From NCBI GenBank assembly GCA_046318155.1, contig JBKCUU010000031.1, positions 1 to 19,551 of the forward strand: 19,551 nucleotides of DNA, written 5' to 3'. Below are positions 7,368 through 14,714 of the stretch, piece after piece; the first letter of the stretch is position 1, and each line of letters begins with the position of its first letter. Below the pieces are notes generated by a model. It ran no database searches and was not told where the DNA came from. It saw only the letters and a program-made list of their open reading frames with translations. The position numbers and the translations under genes are program-made. The DNA is from Bdellovibrio sp. Its GTDB lineage: Bacteria; Bdellovibrionota; Bdellovibrionia; Bdellovibrionales; Bdellovibrionaceae.

Positions 7368-8312
7368 TTACAAAATCGTCCAGAATGTCATCAGATAATA
7401 CTGATTGTCTTGCTCGCGAAACAAACGAAACTGACCTTCTGAGGGACGCCGGATGTTCACCTGGTTCTCGACGCCGACGATAAAGCGCAGTTGACGGTTG
7501 ACATTAATCCACGTGCTCGGTGCGATCTTAAACGTTTCTGAAACGAGGTCGCGAGAATCCGCTTCTTTCGAATCTTGATACCACTCATAAACCCAACCGA
7601 CCGACAGCTGCGGTGTGAACCACTTGTTGGCGTACCGGCTCACTTCGATATAGTGGTCAAGTTCTCCGAGTTTGTTGTTGTCCGCGCGAACCGATAGAAA
7701 TTTTTGTCCCGCGGGATCGGTGTTCTCGCGTTCATTACGATAAGCTTTTTGCGTGTTGAAGAAATACTCGGGCTTGGCGTTGTAGGTGACAGTCCAATTG
7801 CGATTGATCGTGCGCTTGAGAATCAACCATGAACGGATACGAGCCGCCCATTTTTTTTTCTGCGCGGACTCACTGGTGGGCGCGTAAAGATAAAAGGTTC
7901 CCGACAAATCGAACTCATTGGGAAAGCTCGCCAAGTTGTAGTTGCTGTACGTGACATGCAAGTCCGAGAGTTTCGTGCTCATGGGGCGCGTATTACCGAA
8001 GTTGTCGTACACACCGGCAGTTTCTGTCCCGAACGCCGGGCGAATCGCAAAGCGCTGATCGGGAGCAAATTTGTAATTGAACGAAAGGTACTGGTAAATG
8101 TAAGCCGAACCACCGCCGCGATTCACGTACTCCATGTCACCTGAAGAAAAGTTGAAGTAACTCAGGCCCCATTTCGAGAGTCCGAGATCCGACATTTGAT
8201 TGGCCGACGAAAAGAGGTATTCGTTGTCTTGTGCCTTCGCGGTGAAAGAGGCCGACAGCAGCGCAGCCAGCGTGATCAGGGAACAGACTCGGCGAAGCAA
8301 CGGAAAGCACAT
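7368..8312 (-). CDS. Exported hypothetical protein, predicted outer-membrane beta-barrel, 314 aa
   Basis: SD GAGGAG precedes the ATG. Sec signal ends AKA|QD. Many aromatic-rich alternating strands (YIYQYLSFNYKF, WTVTYNAKPEYF, PQLSVGWVYEWY, LRFIVGVENQV) and a hydrophobic terminal strand YYLMTFWTIL. Confidence 0.75.
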   Translation of the reverse strand: MCFPLLRRVCSLITLAALLSASFTAKAQDNEYLFSSANQMSDLGLSKWGLSYFNFSSGDMEYVNRGGGSAYIYQYLSFNYKFAPDQRFAIRPAFGTETAGVYDNFGNTRPMSTKLSDLHVTYSNYNLASFPNEFDLSGTFYLYAPTSESAQKKKWAARIRSWLILKRTINRNWTVTYNAKPEYFFNTQKAYRNERENTDPAGQKFLSVRADNNKLGELDHYIEVSRYANKWFTPQLSVGWVYEWYQDSKEADSRDLVSETFKIAPSTWINVNRQLRFIVGVENQVNIRRPSEGQFRLFREQDNQYYLMTFWTIL

Positions 8313-8437
8313 GAATGTCTCCTCGAAATCGGGCTGCAGGGCTTACGAATTACTGGGCGTGTTATGGCCAAAACTCCCGCTTTTCGCAAGTCCTCTTTGT
8401 GTTATGGTGGCGCGAACTTCAAACAGGCGGAGGACTC

Positions 8438-9601
8438 ATGTCGACACCAGCAAAAAGCGGCATTTTTTACAGGACTTTCAAGATTGCAAATCAAGGCTAC
8501 ACAGGCGCGATCAACATGGGTTTCGTCCTCGGCGTCGCTCTCTGGGCACTGGGCTGCGCGACCACTCCGCCCAGCCAAAACAATCCCCTGGCGGGACCTG
8601 CTCCCGAGGGCCGCATCAGCATCATGGCTTACAACGTCGAAAATTTATTTGATGAACTGCATGATGTGAATCGTGAGGATTTTACCTACCTCCCAGTTTC
8701 GACAAAGATGAGTAGTCCCGAGGCCAAAGCCCACTGCATGAAACAAACAGGCTACCGACGCGTGGAGTGTGAAGAACTCAACTGGGACGAGGCGGCCGTT
8801 CGCAAAAAAATTCGCCACACTTCAAACAGCATTTTGCAAGTGTATGGCCGCGGGCCTGATGTCCTGATTCTGGTCGAAGTCGAAAACTTACGCGTCCTTA
8901 AGCGTCTTAATGACGAGGGGCTCAAAGACGCGGGCTATTCAACCGTCGTCTTGATTGAAGGCGATGACATGCGCGGAATTGATATCGGCTTACTCTCGCG
9001 CTTGCCGCTCGCGGGTGAAGCCAAACTGCACCGAGTTGAGTTCTCGCCCTCAAAAAATCCCTCGCGCCGCCCCTGGGGGACTCGCGGGGTTTTACAAGTC
9101 CCCTTGAAGCTACCCAATGGAAAAACACTGTATGCCTTTGGTTTGCACTTTCCCTCTCAGGCCAACCCGGTTGAAGAACGCCAAGATGCCATGAACACGC
9201 TGACCAAGGCGATCAAAGCTTTACCCGAAGGATCTGCCTGGGTCGTTGGCGGTGACTGGAATATCACCGAAACTGAAAATGAAGAGACCGGTATTTTTGA
9301 TCAACACATTGGTGCCATGGGACTGGTCAGTCACAAAGTTGGCTGCAAATCGTGCAAAGGAACTCACAACTACCGCGGTGTTTGGGACTTCCTCGACATT
9401 TTGGTCTTCTCGCCTCATTTGGCAAAAGCCGAGACCGGCTTTGGTTACAGGCTCATTCCTGAAAGCATCATCACACCCAAGTCGAGTGACCTGCAAATGC
9501 AGCGCAGTGGCCGTCCCGCGCGCTTTAGCCTGACCGATGAAATCGGCGTCTCCGACCACTTACCGATTTACGGTGAACTCCAAGAAACTCCTAAAAAGTA
9601 G
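8438..9601 (+). CDS. Endonuclease/exonuclease/phosphatase (EEP) family lipoprotein, probable exported nuclease, 387 aa
   Basis: EEP catalytic motifs AYNVENLFD, LVEVEN, DMRGID, HFPSQ, GGDWN, LDILV and SDHLP. SD GGAGG at 8429-8433 precedes ATG 8438. The hydrophobic segment ends in the lipobox ALGC. Confidence 0.9.
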   Translation: MSTPAKSGIFYRTFKIANQGYTGAINMGFVLGVALWALGCATTPPSQNNPLAGPAPEGRISIMAYNVENLFDELHDVNREDFTYLPVSTKMSSPEAKAHCMKQTGYRRVECEELNWDEAAVRKKIRHTSNSILQVYGRGPDVLILVEVENLRVLKRLNDEGLKDAGYSTVVLIEGDDMRGIDIGLLSRLPLAGEAKLHRVEFSPSKNPSRRPWGTRGVLQVPLKLPNGKTLYAFGLHFPSQANPVEERQDAMNTLTKAIKALPEGSAWVVGGDWNITETENEETGIFDQHIGAMGLVSHKVGCKSCKGTHNYRGVWDFLDILVFSPHLAKAETGFGYRLIPESIITPKSSDLQMQRSGRPARFSLTDEIGVSDHLPIYGELQETPKK

Positions 9602-9648
9602 GAGCTCTGGTGCACCCACTGCACTTTGCTGCGCCCCTGACCGGGCGC

Positions 9649-10740
9649 TTAGAATAAAAACAATTGGCCCCAATCGACGACAAACCAACCGCCCAAGCCA
9701 GCGGTTTTTGCGTCACAGGCGAGGACGCCAATCCCAACATTGCGTCCTGGATTTTTCGTGCTGGTCAACGTGACTCGCTCGGACGAATAAGAAACCTTGT
9801 CGTTGTCACGAGAAACATCGGGGCGGTAAGCAAACTTGACCCGAGTCTCTCCCTGACGACGGCCGCAGAGCTCAAGACTTTCGACGTTCACCGTTCCTGC
9901 TGTGGGAGTCAGGTACAAATTAAAGTAAGGGCTGGATTTGGCGCCGACGATTTCGGTCTTCCAATCAAGTTCCGAGATCAGCGCGTGCTGGGCCGCTAAA
10001 ACCCCATCGACATCCAAGAGCTCGATATCCCCTGATGTCATCGTTTTGATGACGTAGTTTTGCACGCTACGGGCATTGACTGTGGCTTTTGTGACCGTCG
10101 TGGCTTCAACCAATCGAAAGCGCAACGGCTCGGTCGAAACGCGGAGGGCCTCGATCTGGATTTGATCGCGGATTTCGGCGCGGTCACGAATCTTGTCTTT
10201 GCTCAAAATCATGCGGTAGGCCGTGAGGCTCTCTTCTGAAAGATCCGCCGAGCTGACTTTAAGGGCGGACATTTTTTTATTTTCATCCAACGTGATGTCG
10301 AGGGTGATGCGGCCCATTTGATTGAGGCGCTGGTTCGACATTTTACGAAAGCACTGAGCGAAATCCAAGGACACTTGTAGGTGCGTCGCTGAACGGGGCA
10401 CCTCGGTCACACGCACGCAGCTTTGAACAACCAAGCGTTCACGAGCCTCAGTCAGCTGTCCCGCGAGCGCCAAGAATTGAATGATTTCGGATTGCCGGTC
10501 GAGCAAGAAAACCGTTGTCGCGGCGTCAGCCAAAGGCGGCACTCCCGTAGCTGTGCCGGTCGACGTGTTGTTTTGGCCCGAGTTGCGTGAACGGCGAGAC
10601 AACTCTTTGGCTTTTTCATCAGGAGTCAAGACTGCGGGATCTTGCGGCGAGCAGTTGGCCAAACCCAGCATCGAAAAAATCAAAAGAGCAAAAATAAAAG
10701 GGCGGCTTAAGATCGGCAGTTTTGTCTTGGATGTTTTCAT
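9649..10740 (-). CDS. Hypothetical beta-rich lipoprotein, 363 aa
   Basis: MKTSKTK basic n-region, hydrophobic h-region and lipobox LANC. A low-complexity S/T/G/N linker precedes a V/T/I-rich domain with four further Cys. Confidence 0.78.
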   Translation of the reverse strand: MKTSKTKLPILSRPFIFALLIFSMLGLANCSPQDPAVLTPDEKAKELSRRSRNSGQNNTSTGTATGVPPLADAATTVFLLDRQSEIIQFLALAGQLTEARERLVVQSCVRVTEVPRSATHLQVSLDFAQCFRKMSNQRLNQMGRITLDITLDENKKMSALKVSSADLSEESLTAYRMILSKDKIRDRAEIRDQIQIEALRVSTEPLRFRLVEATTVTKATVNARSVQNYVIKTMTSGDIELLDVDGVLAAQHALISELDWKTEIVGAKSSPYFNLYLTPTAGTVNVESLELCGRRQGETRVKFAYRPDVSRDNDKVSYSSERVTLTSTKNPGRNVGIGVLACDAKTAGLGGWFVVDWGQLFLF

Positions 10741-10747
10741 GCGGCGG

Positions 10748-10777
10748 AGACTACAAGGCGGCACAACGATTTGTCGA
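10748..10777 (-). promoter_or_regulatory. Sigma70-like promoter TCGACA-N18-TAGTCT, 7 nt before the lipoprotein ATG
   Basis: The minus strand reads TCGACA-aatcgttgtgccgccttg-TAGTCT-ccgccgc-ATG. No SD. Confidence 0.45.
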
Positions 10778-10804
10778 GGCCGACCCACTCCACGCGGCGG
10801 CGCC

Positions 10805-11974
10805 CTAAAAATCTTTCACGAACTTGACGAACAGACAGGGGATCCCGCCATTCAAAACGCGCTGTTTTGAAAAGACCCAGTGATTGCCGTTGTCTGCACC
10901 TTTTTGAGTCCACATTTTTGCTAAATCCAAGGCTAAACTCTCGGGCAAAATGACCGCCACTCGCTCGGGGTTTGCCTTTAACAGGATTTTGACAAGATCG
11001 GGTGTCGCCATTTTTTTAAGCCGCTCTCCGTAGGGGGGATTGCTCACAACCCAAACGGGGCCTGCCCCGAGTTCAACATCAGCTTGGGGATCTTGGCACG
11101 TCAAGGGTTCGGGCACTTCTCTCTTGAGGGTCTCAAGGCGCTCCCTGGCGGCCTCGGACTCATCCATCGCCACGAACCCTGCCCACGTGAGTGCAGGCAA
11201 TCCCCGGTAATTTTGCGAGTAACTGGGCGACGTCAAAATCTTTGGAATCCATTTTTGTGATTGAAAGGCAAAAGGCCGCTTAAAAAGGGGGCGGTACAAG
11301 TGGGCGGCCTCAGAAATCAAAGTTCCAGAACCCGCCATGGGATCCACGAGCACGGTCTTTTGCAAAACCGAAAGCGGCGAGTCTACGATTAAAAATCTTA
11401 AGAGTGCCGCGGCCAGCGTCTCGCGGATGGGCGCAAGTCCGCCCAAATCGCGGCCAGATCCCCGCTTGTGCAAATGCTCACCGGTCAAGTCAATCGAGAG
11501 CTCGAATTCATCATGTTCGGCTCTTAAGAAAAACTGCTGCGTCGCTTGCTCGGCCAGCGGCGCGAGCTGTTTCCAAGCCCGCTGCGCGGTTTCGAAGATG
11601 CGTTTTTCTTGGCCGAGCTTTGATTTTTGTGACGAGACTTTTAAGGAAAACTTTTGCGGACCGATCCACTGAGCAGGGTCCAATTTTTTTAGCTCGCGCT
11701 CCAGAAGCGAGAACTCGGTTGTCCGAAACCGAGCGACCCGCAGCAAGATTCGCGAGGCCAGCCTCAAAAAAAAATGCAGCTGCAGCCCCAACAAAGGATC
11801 GGCCTTGATCAGAACGCCACCTTTTTGTACCTCGAGGGCTTCATACCCAGTGGCTGTGGGCAAATTTCCGGGTCCCAGCAAAAAACCTTCGATCTCGCGC
11901 AACTCGCGCGCAAGATCGTCTTCAAAACCCAAAGGACAGACGACAAAAAACTCAGCCAAAGCGCAGTCCCTCAT
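10805..11974 (-). CDS. THUMP-domain class I SAM-dependent RNA methyltransferase (RlmL/UPF0020-like), ~389 aa
   Basis: Motifs CPLGFEDDLARE, LRLASRILLR, SIDLTGEHLHKRG, APIRETLAAALL, DPMAGSGT and SNPPYGERL. The start overlaps the permease stop; a TTG at 11959 is an alternative start. Confidence 0.88.
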   Translation of the reverse strand: MRDCALAEFFVVCPLGFEDDLARELREIEGFLLGPGNLPTATGYEALEVQKGGVLIKADPLLGLQLHFFLRLASRILLRVARFRTTEFSLLERELKKLDPAQWIGPQKFSLKVSSQKSKLGQEKRIFETAQRAWKQLAPLAEQATQQFFLRAEHDEFELSIDLTGEHLHKRGSGRDLGGLAPIRETLAAALLRFLIVDSPLSVLQKTVLVDPMAGSGTLISEAAHLYRPLFKRPFAFQSQKWIPKILTSPSYSQNYRGLPALTWAGFVAMDESEAARERLETLKREVPEPLTCQDPQADVELGAGPVWVVSNPPYGERLKKMATPDLVKILLKANPERVAVILPESLALDLAKMWTQKGADNGNHWVFSKQRVLNGGIPCLFVKFVKDF

Positions 11975-12686
11975 CCCGCTTCATCAGGATGGCGGCAATC
12001 ACGAAAAAAATGACCTGGTAAACAACAAGACCCAACCACCATCGGGTCTCGAGGGGCTCATTCAAGGCGGCGGCCCAAACCACCTCACCGTAGTGACGCG
12101 TGGGCAGCCACTCCGAAATCCGTTGCACCATTTGCGGCAAAGCATCGGGCGGGAGCCATAAGCCTCCCGCAAACGAAAGCGGAAGGTACACGAGATTTGA
12201 GGCGGGCACCGCAGCTCTGGGGGAGCACAAGAGTCCAATGATAATGCCCAGTGAAGCAAACAAAAGACCGCCGCCCCAGACGCTCACATAAAAGGTCAGG
12301 AGGCGCTCAGGCGGAAACGGAAAATCAACCGAGACATAAGCCGTCAACATCACACCGAGTGACGCGAGAACGGCAAAAAACAAACCCGTCAGCAATTTGG
12401 CGATCCACAAGGTATGCGGCGACGTGGGCAAGGTTCTTAAATGCAGCATCCACCCCGAAGCGCGGTCTTGCGCAAAGCTGACACCAAACTGAAACAACAC
12501 CACGCCCAGAACGGCAAAGCACGAGAACGAGGAAATCAAAATCAGGGCTCCCCGCTCGTCCGTTGCATTCGGAACACCAAAGAATAAAAAAAACATCGAA
12601 GGAAACAGCAGCGTCGTCACCACGTAAAGTGGTTGACGGCAGGTTTCGCGAATTTGAAAGAAGCAAACCCGAAGAATGTCTTTCAC
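11952..12686 (-). CDS. ABC-2 type transporter permease, 244 aa
   Basis: About six hydrophobic helices. Motifs DRASGWMLHLRTLP, AKLL and SFAGGLWLPPDALPQMVQRISEWLPT are typical of ABC-2 (YvfS-like) permeases. GTGA overlap with the ATPase stop. Confidence 0.9.
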   Translation of the reverse strand: MKDILRVCFFQIRETCRQPLYVVTTLLFPSMFFLFFGVPNATDERGALILISSFSCFAVLGVVLFQFGVSFAQDRASGWMLHLRTLPTSPHTLWIAKLLTGLFFAVLASLGVMLTAYVSVDFPFPPERLLTFYVSVWGGGLLFASLGIIIGLLCSPRAAVPASNLVYLPLSFAGGLWLPPDALPQMVQRISEWLPTRHYGEVVWAAALNEPLETRWWLGLVVYQVIFFVIAAILMKRDEGLRFG

Positions 12687-13570
12687 GAGCGCTCCTTTTT
12701 TAAAAGGGCGTCTAAAGCCTCTTCGAGACCGGCGTCCGAAACTTGAAGATCCAGCACGGGGACTTTTTGTTGCACCAAGTATTGCACCCAGGCCCAGCCG
12801 TCTTGTGTCTGGATTCGAACCTCACTGCCTTCTCGGTGAAACTCCTGGGCGGGGGGACTATTTTTGAACTCAAAATCGGCTCCCAAATCAAAGCGCACGC
12901 ATTGCAAATTCACGCGGTGATGAATTTGCGCCAGCGTCCCCTGAAAGAGCACTTGGCCCTTTGAAAGCACGAGCACCCGGTCTGTCATGGCTTGAATTTC
13001 TTGCAGATCATGCGAGGTCAAGAGCAAGGTCATCCCCTTTTGCACCTCATCTTTGAGCGTCCCCCACAGGATCTTTTTTGAGTCCAAATCAAGTCCGGTG
13101 GTGGGCTCATCAAGGACGAGGAGCTGAGGATTGCCGATGAGTGCGGCAGCGAGCCCCAAGCGCCGCCGTTCGCCGCCGCTCAGGACGCCCGCCTTTCGAT
13201 TTTGAATGGTGGTGAGTTCAAGATGTTTCATCAACTCGGGCACGGACCGAGGCTTTTGGTAAAACTTTGAAAGAAAATCCAGAATCTCCCGAGCGCTCAT
13301 CACCCCCGGAAACTGCAAATCTTGCGGAGTCACACCGACTTTTTGTCTAGCTTCCGCCGAACCGGCGAGCGCGCCAAAAACATGAACTTGGCCTTCGGTC
13401 GGACGACGAAGTCCTAAGAGAATTTGCAGAGCCGTACTTTTGCCCGCACCGTTCGGTCCCAAGAGGCTAACCACTTCACCTTGCGCAAATGAAAACGAAA
13501 CGTCGCTGAGGACGAGCGAAGATCCAAATTTTTTGCTGACATGTTCAAACTGAACGACCATCGACTTCAT
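12683..13570 (-). CDS. ABC transporter ATP-binding protein (ABC-2/DrrA-like), ~295 aa
   Basis: Walker A GPNGAGKST, Q-loop TPQ, signature LSGGE, Walker B LLVLDEPTTGLD and H-loop TSH. Confidence 0.96.
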   Translation of the reverse strand: MKSMVVQFEHVSKKFGSSLVLSDVSFSFAQGEVVSLLGPNGAGKSTALQILLGLRRPTEGQVHVFGALAGSAEARQKVGVTPQDLQFPGVMSAREILDFLSKFYQKPRSVPELMKHLELTTIQNRKAGVLSGGERRRLGLAAALIGNPQLLVLDEPTTGLDLDSKKILWGTLKDEVQKGMTLLLTSHDLQEIQAMTDRVLVLSKGQVLFQGTLAQIHHRVNLQCVRFDLGADFEFKNSPPAQEFHREGSEVRIQTQDGWAWVQYLVQQKVPVLDLQVSDAGLEEALDALLKKERS

Positions 13571-14714
13571 TGTGGGAGCGAAAGATCACGGGGTAAAGAA
13601 GATTTAGAACGAAAACGACCAAACAGCAGACCGGTGTGACGAGCAGGGCCATCTTGACGCCGTAAGCATCTGTCAGCACACCGACACCAAGATGCATCAC
13701 CAGGACCAAAAGACCCGACCCCACGACCGCCGCCGTCGTGGCCGCTTGAATTTGCTGTGGAAAAGTTTCGCTGATGGCCGTCACCGTGAGGGGATAAATG
13801 GGTCCCATCACGATGCCCAAAAAGATAAACCACAAGGGATGATGGAAAGTTGCAAGCACCGATAAAACCAAGGCCAAAAACAGCGCCCCCCTTAAGACTT
13901 TGGGCGCCGAAAATGAAATCCGGACCAGGGCGAGACCGAGGCGCCCGATAAACATGCCAACAAAAAACTGAAAGGCGAGCGTGCTGGATTCAGAGATCGA
14001 CCAGCCTAAACTCTGGTGCGCAAATTGCGACAGACGGCTGGACATGACAATCTCGGCGACGACGTACAAAGAAAGCATCGCTGCAAAATAAAGGATGGCC
14101 GGGCTCAGGGAACGAGCCCCTGTTGGCGGCGCAAGGCGATCTGTCGGCTCCGTAAACTGGGGAACACGGCTCACGGCGAACAAAATCACAATACCAAAAA
14201 CGCTCGTCACCCAAAAACTGGATTGCAAAGGCAGCTGGGCCCAAGCAAAAAAACTGACAAGCAAAGGGGCACTCAAGCTGGCCAACGCATATTTGGTATG
14301 CAGACCGCCAGACAAGCGAGCCCGCACGGCGCCCTCACCCGAAACCAGCACCATGACATTTTGAATCACGCCTAAAAATCCGATCGAGAGTCCGATCAAA
14401 ACTGAACTTAAAACGAAAACCGAAAAGTTCGGGGCGATGGCTGCGACCACTTGAGAAGTCACCATCAGTAAAATTGAAACGAACAAAGCGCGCTTGTAGC
14501 CCAGGCGTTTCACGAGCCACGGCACGAGCGCCGCCCCTAAAAAGCTCATGACGGACGATGCGGCGAAATACCAAGCGCCTTGCTGACTTGAGAGTCCAAA
14601 GCGTTCAAGCAGCGATGGAAAGAGGGGGCCCCTGAGATTATCGGCGAGACCCAAATAGAAAAGCGAAAGGTAAGCAAAGACAAGATTAGGATGAAAGTGT
14701 TTATTTTCCGGCAT
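13545..14714 (-). CDS. Major facilitator superfamily transporter (FucP/TsgA-like), 389 aa
   Basis: About 12 hydrophobic segments. Motifs GLADNLRGPLFP, LVKRLGYKRAL (motif A-like), YVVAE, GMFIGRL, GPIYP and GVLTDAYG. Start set at MPENK (14714). Confidence 0.9.
   Translation of the reverse strand: MPENKHFHPNLVFAYLSLFYLGLADNLRGPLFPSLLERFGLSSQQGAWYFAASSVMSFLGAALVPWLVKRLGYKRALFVSILLMVTSQVVAAIAPNFSVFVLSSVLIGLSIGFLGVIQNVMVLVSGEGAVRARLSGGLHTKYALASLSAPLLVSFFAWAQLPLQSSFWVTSVFGIVILFAVSRVPQFTEPTDRLAPPTGARSLSPAILYFAAMLSLYVVAEIVMSSRLSQFAHQSLGWSISESSTLAFQFFVGMFIGRLGLALVRISFSAPKVLRGALFLALVLSVLATFHHPLWFIFLGIVMGPIYPLTVTAISETFPQQIQAATTAAVVGSGLLVLVMHLGVGVLTDAYGVKMALLVTPVCCLVVFVLNLLYPVIFRSHNEVDGRSV

Noticed and set aside
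8315..8437. Upstream extension of the EEP ORF
   Set aside because: A strong SD precedes ATG 8438, and the extension would occupy the divergent promoter region.
9610..9648. Two small hairpins between convergent genes (GTGCA/TGCAC and GCGCCC/GGGCGC)
   Set aside because: The stems are only 5-6 bp with no good U-tract, so a terminator cannot be supported.
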